Below are positions 17,783 through 28,076 of a DNA stretch of 40,918 nucleotides, piece by piece; position 1 is the first letter of the stretch, and every line of letters begins with the position of its first letter. A program made the translations under genes and the position numbers. Under the pieces are notes generated by a model. The model saw only the letters and a program-made list of their open reading frames with translations, was not told the origin of the DNA and searched no databases. The stretch lies in the IMG/VR virus record IMGVR_UViG_3300048856_000114, positions 1 to 40,918 of that record. One strand, written 5' to 3'. The DNA is from a virus. Lineage: Duplodnaviria > Caudoviricetes.

Positions 17783-17837
17783 TCCACACGATCACCCAGC
17801 GGCTTGCCGCCTATCAACGCCATGAAGGAGAAACACT

Positions 17838-18284
17838 ATGGCGCCTCCCGTCACCGCGCGCTTCGGCAAGTTCCGGGTCCTGCTCGGCAATTCCGCAACG
17901 CCTATCGTCTACACCGCTCCCTGCGGCTTCACGTCCAAGTCGCTTGCGCTGAACAAGTCACTGTCGGACGTATCTCTTCCGGACTGCCTTGACCCAGATA
18001 AACCGATCGTTCTGGGACGCGATGTCGAGAGCATCAGCGCGACCGTCAGCGGCGAAGGCGTCCTTGCCGCTTCCTCCGTCGCGACCTGGGTCGACGCTTA
18101 CGAGTCCAGCGACTCCATCCCGGTCAAGATCGAGATCGAGTTCTCCAGCGGGATCATCACCTGGACCGGCAACATGCACCTCGAATCGCTAGAGCTTGGC
18201 GCCGAACAAGGTGGCCGCGTGACCATCTCGGTGACACTGCAGTCTGACGGCGAACTCGCCCGAACGGACACGCTCGCGGCATGA
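17838..18284 (+). CDS. Major tail tube protein
   Basis: APCGFTSKSL...PDC.DPD...TVSGEGV...LQSDGEL. Confidence 0.9.
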   Translation: MAPPVTARFGKFRVLLGNSATPIVYTAPCGFTSKSLALNKSLSDVSLPDCLDPDKPIVLGRDVESISATVSGEGVLAASSVATWVDAYESSDSIPVKIEIEFSSGIITWTGNMHLESLELGAEQGGRVTISVTLQSDGELARTDTLAA

Positions 18285-18703
18285 GCCGGGACGCCACGAT
18301 CACGCTCACCTGGGGCGATGGCGACTTCAAGTTCCGCCTAGGCTGGGGCGAGCTGGAGGAGCTACAGGAAAAGACGGATGCAGGGCCCTACGTGGTCCTG
18401 CAGCGTCTGCACAACGGCACGTGGCGGGTGCAGGACATTTCTAATGTCATTCGCATGGGGCTTATCGGTGGCGGCATGGCTCCCGACCAGGCAATCAAGA
18501 AGGTCCGCTTCTATGTCGAGCAGCGGCCCCCGATGGAGAGCATCCACCATGCCATAGCCGTTCTTTCGGCTGCGCTTCTGGGGGCGCCGGATGAAAAGCT
18601 GGGGGAGCCGGAAGCGCCAAAGCGGAAGAGAGGGAAGCGATCGACAACCTCTCCAACGGCAAACTCCGATTTGGCGCCATCTACGGAACAGGAGCCGCAA
18701 TAG
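18281..18703 (+). CDS. Tail assembly chaperone (GTA gp10-like; gpG equivalent)
   Basis: FRLGWGELEELQEKTDAGP...IRMGLIGGGM; between tail tube and tape measure. Confidence 0.85.
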   Translation: MSRDATITLTWGDGDFKFRLGWGELEELQEKTDAGPYVVLQRLHNGTWRVQDISNVIRMGLIGGGMAPDQAIKKVRFYVEQRPPMESIHHAIAVLSAALLGAPDEKLGEPEAPKRKRGKRSTTSPTANSDLAPSTEQEPQ

Positions 18704-18858
18704 GCTTCAGCCCGCAGCAGGTTCGCCTCATGTCGATGTGGCAATACCAGGCAGCGGTCGAAGGCTATGTCAAAGCAAACTCGGCAGATGATGGGAAACT
18801 TTCATCGAGCGAAGTCGACGACGTCTGGCAGTGGATGCAGGGGAAAGAAGCGGCTTAA
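18595..18858 (+). CDS. -1 frame extension of the tail chaperone (gpGT equivalent)
   Basis: The -1 frame opens after TGA 18592-18594 and reads ...KLRFGAIYGTGAAIGFSPQQVRLMSMWQYQAAVEGY...GKEAA* to 18858; G-GGG-GAG at 18601-18607. Confidence 0.75.
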   Translation, partial: KAGGAGSAKAEEREAIDNLSNGKLRFGAIYGTGAAIGFSPQQVRLMSMWQYQAAVEGYVKANSADDGKLSSSEVDDVWQWMQGKEAA

Positions 18859-18862
18859 GGCT

Positions 18863-19192
18863 TCAGGGTGCGTAATCGAAGTCCCTAAGCCGGCACTCGG
18901 CCTTCGCAACTCGCGCGTCATTGGGGCCAAACGACTTCCCAAAAGCTCTCGAACCGGGGCTGATATTCTGGGCGATGATATCGACTGTGGTTAGCGCCCT
19001 GCCTGCTTGATCCAGCAAGCCACAACTCGCCGCGGCGAACTGAACAGCTCGGTTCGTCCGGTTCTCAAACTTCACCACGACCTCAGCAGCGCCAGTCGAA
19101 GTCCTTTCGAAATTCTCGATCTGCACCTCCACGTCGGCAGCGTATGCGCCATGCGCCGCTAAGACCGCTGCTATCAACAATGCTCTTCTCAT
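18863..19192 (-). CDS. Secreted moron protein (signal peptide, Ig-like/FxLYD-like)
   Basis: MRRALLIAAVLAAHGAYA signal peptide; antisense insertion in the tail operon. Confidence 0.75.
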   Translation of the reverse strand: MRRALLIAAVLAAHGAYAADVEVQIENFERTSTGAAEVVVKFENRTNRAVQFAAASCGLLDQAGRALTTVDIIAQNISPGSRAFGKSFGPNDARVAKAECRLRDFDYAP

Positions 19193-19203
19193 AGGACCTC
19201 ACC

Positions 19204-21375
19204 GTGGCTGCACAGGATTTGGAGCGCCTTGTTGTTCAGCTCTCCGCTGACATCAAGAAGTATGAGAACGCCCTGAACCGCGCAAGCGGGGTAGCAAATC
19301 GGCAGGCGCGAGCAATCGAGACGCGTTTCTCGAAGATGAACAAGACGATCCAGGCAGGAGCGGCGTCGACTGCGGGTGGGCTTGTGAAGGCATTTGCTCT
19401 GGTAGGCGGCGCTCAGGGCTTCAAGAACCTGAGCGACTCTGCAACGCGCATCGACAATTCGCTAAAGGTCGCTGGGCTTTCTGGCGCTGAGCTAGAACGG
19501 GTCTACCAGTCGCTGTTCGCCATCGCCACGAAGAACGCCGCACCTATCGAAACCCTTATCGGCCTCTATAGCCGGCTCTCCCTCATTCAAAATGAGCTAG
19601 GGGTTTCTTCGCAGCAGATCGAGCTGCTGACCAGCAATGTCGCCTTAGCTTTTCGTGTGGGCAGCATTGACGCGCAGCAGGCGTCGGGCGCTATCCTGGG
19701 CCTCACTCAGGCGCTCGGCAATGGCAAGATCAACGCCGAGGATTTTAATCAGGTTCTCGAGAATGCCCCCACGATCCTGCAGGCAGTTGCTGCAGGCATC
19801 GGTGAGGCCGGCGGCTCTGTCGCCAAGCTGCGCCAGATCATGCTAAACGGGGAACTGTCGTCCAAAGCATTCTTCGACGGCTTCCAAGCGGGCGCACCCA
19901 TCCTTGAGCAGAAGGTCGCGGGCGCTGTCCTGACGATCGACCAACGGCTGACCAATCTAAACACGGCGTTGATCAACGCTGCGCGCGAATTCAATTCATC
20001 AGCAGCCGCCGGCGAGACGTTCGGCAATGCGATCGACCAGGTCGCAGCCTTCGTCAACAGCATCAATTTTGACACCCTGATCGGCCAGATCCAGGGTGTT
20101 GTTGGGGCGATGAACACCGCCATCGGTGCAGCGAACAGTCTTGCGCAAGCTTACGGCCGGCTCTCCGGCTATGAAGGAATTGGTCGCGATATCGTCAACA
20201 TGCTCCCTGGCGATGGTGCGAAGAAAAGCCTGTTCGGCGGCGGCCTCACTGTAACCTCGACGGCAGGTATCACCGACCGCATCAACCAAGCTTTCGAAGG
20301 CGAGATCCAGAAGGCAGGCGATCTGACCGCGGATGCGATCCGGAAAAGCGTCTTGGGCGATGGAACTGGAGCGCCGGCCACTACGCCGAAAGCCACTCGT
20401 CTCCCAGCTCCACCAACCCCATCAACGATTTCTATCAAGGATCCCAAGTATGCCGTCCCTGCGACCCCGAAGAAAAGCGGCGGCGGTGGTGGCGGCAGAG
20501 GCAAGAAGCGAGGCGGCGGCGGCGGTGGTGGCTCGGCAGACGAGTATCAGCGCGAGATCGAGCAGATCAAGGAGCGCACGATTGCGCTGCAGAACGAAAC
20601 GGCCGCGATGGAGGGGGTTAACCCACTCGTCAACGACTACGGCTTCGCGCTGGAGAAGGCGCGGGCAGAGAGCGACCTGCTGACAGCTGCGCAGAAAGCC
20701 GGCATCGCGATCACCCCTGCGCTAAAGGCAAACATCGACCAGCTGGCGACCGGCTACGCCAACGCGAGCGTGGCGGCCGAACAACTGTCTGAGCGACAGG
20801 ACAATATCAAGCAGGCTGCCGATGACTTCCGGAGCACCGCGAAGGATGCGGTTTCCGGCTTCATCTCAGACATCCGGAATGGCACGTCGGCTACTGAGGC
20901 GCTGGGCAACGCGCTCCAGCGCATCGGTGACAAGCTGCTGGACTTTGCGCTCGATGGCCTTTTCTCGGCCAAGAGCCCGATCGGCTCGGCCGTCAGCTCG
21001 TTCTTCAGCGGAATCAAGCTGGCTGGTGGTGGCCGCGTCCGTGGTCCTGGTGGCCCAACGGGCGACAAGATCCCGGCCATGCTGTCTGACGGCGAGCATG
21101 TCACCAGGGCGGCGATGGTGAAGAAGCACGGCCCGCTCCTCGACGCCATCAACGCCAATCGTGTTCCCCATCTTGCGCAGGGTACACCTGCCAGCGCACC
21201 GAGACTTCCGACCATGAAAGGGATGAAGGTGCAGCGACAGCCGGTCAGTATCCGCGGCGGCGACGTGATCGTGCAGGGTGATGTTCGAGATGCCGCAACC
21301 GTCGACGAGATCGACCGCCGCATCAAGAAAAACAACGCTGATCTCGCTTACGCGCAACAGAATTCCTGGCGGTAG
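19204..21375 (+). CDS. Tape measure protein
   Basis: DLERLVVQLSAD N-terminus, tape-measure domain (QALGNGKINAEDFNQVLE), GPGGPTGDKIPAMLSDGE C-terminus. Confidence 0.95.
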   Translation: MAAQDLERLVVQLSADIKKYENALNRASGVANRQARAIETRFSKMNKTIQAGAASTAGGLVKAFALVGGAQGFKNLSDSATRIDNSLKVAGLSGAELERVYQSLFAIATKNAAPIETLIGLYSRLSLIQNELGVSSQQIELLTSNVALAFRVGSIDAQQASGAILGLTQALGNGKINAEDFNQVLENAPTILQAVAAGIGEAGGSVAKLRQIMLNGELSSKAFFDGFQAGAPILEQKVAGAVLTIDQRLTNLNTALINAAREFNSSAAAGETFGNAIDQVAAFVNSINFDTLIGQIQGVVGAMNTAIGAANSLAQAYGRLSGYEGIGRDIVNMLPGDGAKKSLFGGGLTVTSTAGITDRINQAFEGEIQKAGDLTADAIRKSVLGDGTGAPATTPKATRLPAPPTPSTISIKDPKYAVPATPKKSGGGGGGRGKKRGGGGGGGSADEYQREIEQIKERTIALQNETAAMEGVNPLVNDYGFALEKARAESDLLTAAQKAGIAITPALKANIDQLATGYANASVAAEQLSERQDNIKQAADDFRSTAKDAVSGFISDIRNGTSATEALGNALQRIGDKLLDFALDGLFSAKSPIGSAVSSFFSGIKLAGGGRVRGPGGPTGDKIPAMLSDGEHVTRAAMVKKHGPLLDAINANRVPHLAQGTPASAPRLPTMKGMKVQRQPVSIRGGDVIVQGDVRDAATVDEIDRRIKKNNADLAYAQQNSWR

Positions 21376-21377
21376 TA

Positions 21378-22085
21378 ATGGTCTCTTACTGGTCAAGCGC
21401 ACTCGTCCCTCAGTCGGTGATGTTCCGGCTGAAGCCGATGAACACCCGCGGCCCGATGACGTTCTCGGGCAAGTCGCAAGTGGTCGGTACGGATGCCGGG
21501 TTCTGGGTGGCAACCCTGTCCAACTTCATCGTCCGAACGCCTGAACAAATCCGGGAATGGCGCGGTTTGATTGCGGATCTGCAGGGCGGTCTTAATGACC
21601 TCGTCATTGGTGCCTTCGACTGCCGGCAGGCACCGCGTGTCGCTGGTCGCCCTCCTGTCATCGGCGGCATCACTCATAGCGACGGGTCCCTGTTTAGCGA
21701 CAAGTCGGGCTATCGGCAGTCAACAATCAAGGTGGTGGCGGCACGTGACGCCGCTGTTCGAGCAACCAGCCTCAGGATCAACGTCCAGGAGGCCGGCAAG
21801 CTTGAGCGCGGCATGTATTTCACGATCTGGTCGCTGGTGGCGGGCGTGATGTTGCCCCGGATGTACATGCTCACCAAGACCCCTGAAGTGAGCGGGAGCG
21901 CGGCGACCATCCAGTTCCTCCCGCCGCTGCGGGTCGCGGTCAAGGAAGGCGATGAGGTGGATTTTGCTGACCCTAAGCTGGCGATGAACCTTGCCAGCGA
22001 CGATGGCGGCGATCTCGACATCCGCATGCGCCGCTTCTCATCACCGTCCCTCGAACTGCAGGAAAGCTGGAATGGACTTTCCTGA
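21378..22085 (+). CDS. Distal tail-like protein
   Basis: Follows the tape measure; HSDGSLFSD and FLPPLR motifs. Confidence 0.75.
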   Translation: MVSYWSSALVPQSVMFRLKPMNTRGPMTFSGKSQVVGTDAGFWVATLSNFIVRTPEQIREWRGLIADLQGGLNDLVIGAFDCRQAPRVAGRPPVIGGITHSDGSLFSDKSGYRQSTIKVVAARDAAVRATSLRINVQEAGKLERGMYFTIWSLVAGVMLPRMYMLTKTPEVSGSAATIQFLPPLRVAVKEGDEVDFADPKLAMNLASDDGGDLDIRMRRFSSPSLELQESWNGLS

Positions 22086-22647
22086 GACGATCAAGGCGCA
22101 CCTCGCGGGCCGCACGGTTCGGAAGGCTCGGCTGCTGGAGATGGACTTCGTCAGTAAGCGCATGGGGTTGTGGAACGGCTTCGGCACGCTGGAAACGAAG
22201 GACGACAAGCGATGGCTCGGCGTTGGCGGGCTTGGGAAGATTTCCGGAATCGCCTCGACCATGGGCGGCAAGGCACCTGAACTGATCTTCACCCTATCTG
22301 GTGTTGATGAGGACTTCGCGGCTAAGGCTAAGGGTGAGGCGACGGAATACTTCAATCGCGCGGCGGTCGTGTATGACCAGTTCTTCGACGAGGAATGGGG
22401 TCTGCTCGATCGGCCGTTCGCCGTCTCGTTTGGCTTGATGCGGAAGCTGACGTCAACGCGCGAGGCAAGCGATGATGGCTTTATCCGCACCGTCTCGATC
22501 TCGGCCGAGAGCCCGTTCGCAGCCAAGAAGCGCGCCAAGTTCGCCTACCTGACCCCGCAGGATCAGCGCAACCGGCATCCTGGCGATGCCTTCGCCGACG
22601 ACACGCCGGGCATTGACACCCGCCGGATCACGTTCCCGGATTTCTGA
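22072..22647 (+). CDS. Tail tip / hub-associated protein
   Basis: LWNGFGTL...WLGVGGLGKIS...DQRNRHPGD; start at 22072. Confidence 0.75.
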   Translation: MDFPETIKAHLAGRTVRKARLLEMDFVSKRMGLWNGFGTLETKDDKRWLGVGGLGKISGIASTMGGKAPELIFTLSGVDEDFAAKAKGEATEYFNRAAVVYDQFFDEEWGLLDRPFAVSFGLMRKLTSTREASDDGFIRTVSISAESPFAAKKRAKFAYLTPQDQRNRHPGDAFADDTPGIDTRRITFPDF

Positions 22648-23027
22648 TGCTCGAAACCTTTCTGGCCGAAGCCGCTCGATCGGATCACGTCTGGTCGCAG
22701 AGCGACTGCATGATGACGCCCGCCAACTGGTGGCATTTCAAGCATGGGGCCGATCCCGCTGCAGATGTGCGGGGTAGCTACCACACCGAAGATGAGTGCC
22801 GCGCCTTGATCAAGCGTGAGGGCGGCCTAGTGGCTGCCATGGGCCGAAGGGCCAATCGCGTCGGCGCTCAAGAGACGGATACTCCCCAGCCTGGCGACAT
22901 CGGCGTGATCAATGCGCACGGGCTGGAATTCGGCGCCATCCTGGGTCCTTCGGGCCGGTGGATGGTCAAATCATCGCATGGCATTGCCGGCTACCGCTGC
23001 GGCCATCTCAAGGCTTGGAGAACCTGA
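22647..23027 (+). CDS. NlpC/P60-like tail assembly protein (DUF6950-like)
   Basis: WSQSDC...G.DPA...RGSY...PQPGDIGVI. Confidence 0.8.
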   Translation: MLETFLAEAARSDHVWSQSDCMMTPANWWHFKHGADPAADVRGSYHTEDECRALIKREGGLVAAMGRRANRVGAQETDTPQPGDIGVINAHGLEFGAILGPSGRWMVKSSHGIAGYRCGHLKAWRT

Positions 23028-25444
23028 TGCCGACAGCAGTTGTTGGTTTCATCGCAGCGCTTGGTGTCCCTGGGCTTGTGGGCGCCGGCGGCGCACTCAC
23101 GTTCGCTGGCAACCTCGTCGCCGGTGCGATCGGCCTGGGCATCACCTTTGCTGCGAATGCCCTGTTCGGCCCTAAGCCGTCGAACCTGAAGCCGCAGGAC
23201 GTCAAGTCGACCCTTCGTCAGTCTGTCCTGCCTCGCCGCAAGCATCGCGGCCTGGTGATGACCAGCGGCGGGTTTGCGTTCTACCGCTCGCGCAATGGTG
23301 GCCTCTATATGGTTATCTACCTTGGTGAGGGGCCAACCACCGAGTTCGTCGAGCACTACATCGATGATCGTATTGTCGAGCTCGATGCAAACGGGGCCAT
23401 CCAGGCAAAGCCGATCCGGGGCAAGATCAGCATCGAGACGCGCCGCGGCCTGTCCACCGAGACGTATTACCAGAGCATCGCGGCCGTGTTCCCGGAGATC
23501 TGGAGTGAGGCCAACCGCGGCGATGGCTGTATTTCCGTCGCCATAATTGCGCGCGGTGCCAGCAACGAAGACTTCAACTCGATCTATCCGAACCGCATCC
23601 CGCAGTACAAAGGGCTTCGACGGGATGGGACGGCAAGAGATCCGCGCACTGGTCTGCGCCAATGGACCCCAAATCTCAACCTGATCTATCTCGACTATCT
23701 TGGGGATCCGGATGGTGCTGGCATCGATCGTGACTACTTCGACCAGGACGACTTCGCGGTGGCGGCCGATGTTGCCGACGAGATCCTGCCGACGAACGGT
23801 GGCGGCACTGTGCCGCGCTATCACGGCCAGCTCTCCTATGATCTGACCACCGAGCCGGCCGACATCATTGACCGTATGGAGACTGCGACCGACAGCCGGA
23901 TCTATCTCAAGGCGAACGGCAAGATCGGCATTCACCCTGGGATCTGGGTGGAGCCGACCGTCCGCATCCCGGACGGCTGCATCGTCAGCTACGAGATGTC
24001 GGACTCCAGCGGCCCGCTGCGCGAAGCCAACGAGGTGACGCTCGAATACACCAACCCGCTGACGGGCTATTCCGCCTCGAGCTGTGACCCATGGCGGGAT
24101 GAAGCGGACATCAGCGCGCAGGGCACGCGCACGATCCCGATTGAGGCCTACGAGATCCAGCACCACCACCACGGCCGGCGGGTGCAGAAGCTTCGCTACT
24201 GCCGTGCCTCCGCTCGCTGGCAGGGCAAGGTGGTCACGGACCTCCTCGGCATCCAGGCGCGCGGCGAGCGGCGCATCCTGTTGGAGATCAGGGAGCTTGG
24301 CATCGACTTCGCCCCCTTTGAGGTTGAGGATTATCAGGAAGACGACGAGAGCATGACCGTCATGATGGAGGTGCGCAGTTGCTCGTCCTTCATGTACGAC
24401 CTGTCATCTGAAGAAGAGGGAACGCCGCCCCCTGTGCCACCGAGCACAGAGGATACCGATCTTGATCCGCCGACTAACCTGGTCGTTGTCGGTGGTCAAC
24501 GGGCTGTTTCCGGCAATAACAAGGTGCCAGTGATCACGGCGACTTGGGATGCCTATCCTGGCAGGGATGATCTGACCGCGTACGCCCAGATCTCGCTGGC
24601 TGATCAGAACAAGTGGCGGCCGATGCCTGTCGATGACGATAATCGGAGCGCTGAAGCGATCGGCCTAATCGACGGTGCGCTTTATGACGTGTCCGTCGAG
24701 TGGCGGAAAGTCGGCGGCACGGCATCCGAGCGAGCGATCGTCGAGAACATCCCGGCCCTCGCGGATCCCGATGCGCCGGCGGCTCCGACCGATCTACAGT
24801 CTGTGGTTAATGGAACGGTGGCGAATGTCAGCGCTCGGGCCGCGAACGACAACACCGCTTATCTCGGGTTCAAGCGAGGCACGAGAAGCCAGACGTTTGC
24901 GCAGGCGACCCTGCTCAACAGCGACTATCGCGTGTCGCCGAACCAGGTGATTTCGATCCAGGATCCGAATGGACCGGGCTATGGTCACTGGCGCTACTGG
25001 TTCTACTCCCGAAACGGGTCGGGCATCATCTGCGCAACGCCGGCCGCGCTCAATGTCGATGTGCTCGGCCCCGAGTTGGTGACCAACGGCGCCTACGCTT
25101 CAGATGAGAGCTGGGGTAAGGGAGTTGGCTGGACGATCGCTAATGGTGTGGCCTCTCATGCTTCCGGAACGCAATCTGAGCTGACGCAAGCTGTCACCCT
25201 TGTTGCCGGCGCTACCTACGAACTGACCTATACCGTCAGCGGTCGTACGGGCGGCACGATCACGCCTCGGCTCACTGGCGGTACCACAGTCAGCGGTACC
25301 ACAGTCAGCGGTACCTTCCGTCAGGCAAACGGCACCTTCACAGACACCCTGACGGCGGTTACCGGCAACACGACGCTTTCGTTCCTGTCCACCGCAACTG
25401 GCGTTTTCAACGTCGACAACGTCTCGCTCAAGAGGCTTGCATGA
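23027..25444 (+). CDS. Central tail tip / host-specificity protein with Fn3-like and C-terminal carbohydrate-binding-like domains
   Basis: About 805 aa from the ATG at 23027; PRYHGQL, DPPTNL, PAAPTDL; ELVTNGAY...VDNVSLKR. Confidence 0.85.
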   Translation: MPTAVVGFIAALGVPGLVGAGGALTFAGNLVAGAIGLGITFAANALFGPKPSNLKPQDVKSTLRQSVLPRRKHRGLVMTSGGFAFYRSRNGGLYMVIYLGEGPTTEFVEHYIDDRIVELDANGAIQAKPIRGKISIETRRGLSTETYYQSIAAVFPEIWSEANRGDGCISVAIIARGASNEDFNSIYPNRIPQYKGLRRDGTARDPRTGLRQWTPNLNLIYLDYLGDPDGAGIDRDYFDQDDFAVAADVADEILPTNGGGTVPRYHGQLSYDLTTEPADIIDRMETATDSRIYLKANGKIGIHPGIWVEPTVRIPDGCIVSYEMSDSSGPLREANEVTLEYTNPLTGYSASSCDPWRDEADISAQGTRTIPIEAYEIQHHHHGRRVQKLRYCRASARWQGKVVTDLLGIQARGERRILLEIRELGIDFAPFEVEDYQEDDESMTVMMEVRSCSSFMYDLSSEEEGTPPPVPPSTEDTDLDPPTNLVVVGGQRAVSGNNKVPVITATWDAYPGRDDLTAYAQISLADQNKWRPMPVDDDNRSAEAIGLIDGALYDVSVEWRKVGGTASERAIVENIPALADPDAPAAPTDLQSVVNGTVANVSARAANDNTAYLGFKRGTRSQTFAQATLLNSDYRVSPNQVISIQDPNGPGYGHWRYWFYSRNGSGIICATPAALNVDVLGPELVTNGAYASDESWGKGVGWTIANGVASHASGTQSELTQAVTLVAGATYELTYTVSGRTGGTITPRLTGGTTVSGTTVSGTFRQANGTFTDTLTAVTGNTTLSFLSTATGVFNVDNVSLKRLA
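25278..25315 (+). repeat. In-frame 15-bp tandem duplication (GCGGTACCACAGTCA x2.5)
   Basis: Encodes GTTVS-GTTVS-GT. Confidence 0.9.
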
Positions 25445-25854
25445 CCGGCAGAGACACGCAGGTCGACTGGCGCACCATGATCCAGTCGGCTGAGACAGTG
25501 GCGCTCAGCGTCCAACAGGAAGCGCAGGCGTCGAAGGTGGCATGGATTGCTGATGTCGCCATCATCTATTCCAGCCTGGTGAGCCTCAACCTCGCGCCAC
25601 GGACGAAGGTGTTCGTGGCGCAGGACAACCCGATCATCGCGCAAGCCAGGTATGGCGATCGCGTCTATGCACACCGGCGCGATCCCGTCACCTTGAGCGG
25701 CATAGCGCTTGTCGGCGGTGTCATGATCGAGACGGCAGGCTTCGTGCCCGATAGCGGCAAGGTCGAGATCTATCACGTCATCCCGGCTGTAGGTCTCAAC
25801 CAGACGCTGACCATCCCCCTTCGCCTAGTGGCTTATCGAGCCATCGGTACCTGA
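25441..25854 (+). CDS. Hypothetical tail-region protein
   Basis: 137 aa, ATGA-coupled. Confidence 0.75.
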   Translation: MTGRDTQVDWRTMIQSAETVALSVQQEAQASKVAWIADVAIIYSSLVSLNLAPRTKVFVAQDNPIIAQARYGDRVYAHRRDPVTLSGIALVGGVMIETAGFVPDSGKVEIYHVIPAVGLNQTLTIPLRLVAYRAIGT

Positions 25855-25918
25855 TCGAAACGCATAGATTTCTTTCCGCCTCTGGCTCGCTGCCGGAGCG
25901 ATTTCGCATGGAGACAAC

Positions 25919-28066
25919 ATGGCAGACGAGATCATCAACGCCATTGATACCGCTTTCGCAGACGGGCCGTCGTCGAAGCCGGATGATGTTGACAAGCCGG
26001 CAGTGCGACGGGCCGGGCGTGTCATCCAGGATCAGCTCGACAGCGTCCGATCCCTCGCCACCACGGCAACACAGCAGAAGGCACCGGTTCGCGTGGTGCG
26101 TGGTACGAACGTCTCCCTCACGAGCGCGCTCCGCAACGGCGATGTCATTGATGGGGTGACGGTAGCAACAGGTGACCGGGTCGGCCTTATCGGCCAGACA
26201 GAGCCTGCAGAGAACGGCATCTATCTCGTCATCACGGGTTCCGGCCTTGCCCCTCGCGCCTCTGACGCCGACACGGCCGAAGAAATCCGCGGCATGCAGT
26301 TCTACGTCAACGAGGGCGACGGGAACGGCGGAAAGTCTTTCGCCTGCACCGCGACGGGCGACATCGTACTCGGCACGACTGCCCTCCGCTTCGTGGAGAC
26401 GAGTAACCAAATTGCGGTCAACGCCCGGGTGAGTGATCTCGCCGAGATCAATGGTACCTGGGAGATCAAGCAGTCCGCTGACGGCGAGATCGCCTTTGTC
26501 GACCAGTATGGTTTCTCACCATTCCGCACCGGCAACAACGGGACGAGCTTCGGTGACGCGGTATCGCGCCCTGACGGGCAAAGCCGCATCATTGTTGTCG
26601 ATCGTTATGGCTGGGGCTTCGAGCTCGGCGCGGCTGGAGGGGGCTCGTCAGGCGGTGGCGGCGGTGGCTCTGGCGAGTTCACAGCTGCCGAGATCGAGGC
26701 GCTGAACGCTCGCTCGCTCGCCCTTTCGTCCGCAGTGATGAACGCGAGCAACACCTTCACCACGCGCCTTCAGTTTGCTTACAACCACGTGCTGGAATAC
26801 GGGCAGTCCCTGTCCATCGCGACGGAAGCTTATCCGGCCAAGTCGAAGACGGCGATGTTCGGCAATATGAGCTTCGGCGAAAGTGTCCTGCCGACGAACC
26901 TGTCTCTCCCGACCTTCACACCCCATGGAAGTGCAGCGCTTTATCCCTTGACGGCTAAAGTGCAGTCGGGCGCCGACCTTCTCACAGATGCGCAGGTGGC
27001 GGCACTTGAGCCAGGAAATGCTGCCACGGGCGAGCAGATGAGCATCGGCTTCGCCAACTTTGCGAAGGCACTGCACAACCTTCAGAGGGGCGTCGAGAAT
27101 GACGCGGATCGAACGCTCGTTGTTTCCTCTTGCGGTCGCGGTGGTCAGACGATCGCTCAGCTGTCGAAGGGTGCGGACCCGAACTATTACGGGCGCTTGC
27201 CGGATGTCGCAGGTAAAGTGAAGGCTCTCGCTTCGACGGCCAACAAGACCTATGGGATTGGCGCCTTCCTTTGGGCTCAGGGCGAGAACGACTATTCGGC
27301 CGGTACGACAAAAGCTGCTTACAAGGCCGCCTTCCTTCAGCTGCTCGCCGACGTCAAGGCGGATGTAGTCGATGGTGTGAGCGGCCAGTCCCGCATGCCG
27401 ATCGTGCTGACCTATCAGACGGGCGGCAGCTTTGCTGATGACAGCCAGGAGCTGGCGATCGCCAACGCGCAGCTTGAGCTCTCCAACGAGATCCCGGAAG
27501 TGGTCATGTATGCCCCCTCTTATCCTGTCACGGATAAAGGCGGCCACCTTTCGGCCGACGGTTCGCGCTGGATGGGGATGCAGGCAGCAAAGGTATTTCA
27601 CCGCGTTGTGACGCTAGGGCTAGGCTGGAAGCCTCTCCAGCCGACACAGGTGTCCATCCGGGGCAGGCAGATCCTTATCGGCCATCACGTACCGAAGCCG
27701 CCGCTTGCCTTTCGCAAGCCATATGTCGGCTTCGTGGCGACCGACTACACGAACAAGGGTTATCGGGTCACGGACAACAGCGGCACGATTGGCATCTCCT
27801 CTGTCGACATTGTCGGCGATGCCGTCGTCAGCATTGCCTTGGCGCGCGACCCGATCGGGCCGGTGAAGGTCTGGTACGGAGACAAGGGCACGCACAACGG
27901 CAATGGCTGCCTGGCTGACAGCGACGACGCCCTGGCTATTGCGAAATACGAGTACGCCGAAGGCTCCGGCGACTATCCCGCGGCCAACATCGAAGAACTC
28001 GTCAACAAACCCTATCCCCTGAACAACTGGTGCGTTTCCTTTGTCGCGCCGGCAGAACCTGTCTGA
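25919..28066 (+). CDS. Tail fibre/spike with SGNH (sialate O-acetylesterase-like) domain
   Basis: Fibre-type IDGVTVATGDRV...ENGIY...RASDAD segment, Gly linker, then GQSLS, GRGG, WAQGEND and DKGGHL motifs. Confidence 0.82.
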   Translation: MADEIINAIDTAFADGPSSKPDDVDKPAVRRAGRVIQDQLDSVRSLATTATQQKAPVRVVRGTNVSLTSALRNGDVIDGVTVATGDRVGLIGQTEPAENGIYLVITGSGLAPRASDADTAEEIRGMQFYVNEGDGNGGKSFACTATGDIVLGTTALRFVETSNQIAVNARVSDLAEINGTWEIKQSADGEIAFVDQYGFSPFRTGNNGTSFGDAVSRPDGQSRIIVVDRYGWGFELGAAGGGSSGGGGGGSGEFTAAEIEALNARSLALSSAVMNASNTFTTRLQFAYNHVLEYGQSLSIATEAYPAKSKTAMFGNMSFGESVLPTNLSLPTFTPHGSAALYPLTAKVQSGADLLTDAQVAALEPGNAATGEQMSIGFANFAKALHNLQRGVENDADRTLVVSSCGRGGQTIAQLSKGADPNYYGRLPDVAGKVKALASTANKTYGIGAFLWAQGENDYSAGTTKAAYKAAFLQLLADVKADVVDGVSGQSRMPIVLTYQTGGSFADDSQELAIANAQLELSNEIPEVVMYAPSYPVTDKGGHLSADGSRWMGMQAAKVFHRVVTLGLGWKPLQPTQVSIRGRQILIGHHVPKPPLAFRKPYVGFVATDYTNKGYRVTDNSGTIGISSVDIVGDAVVSIALARDPIGPVKVWYGDKGTHNGNGCLADSDDALAIAKYEYAEGSGDYPAANIEELVNKPYPLNNWCVSFVAPAEPV

Positions 28067-28076
28067 GGACCTATCA

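Noticed and set aside
20478-20532. GGC-rich repeats in the tape measure (also around 26640-26675 in the tail fibre)
   Set aside because: They encode ordinary glycine linkers.
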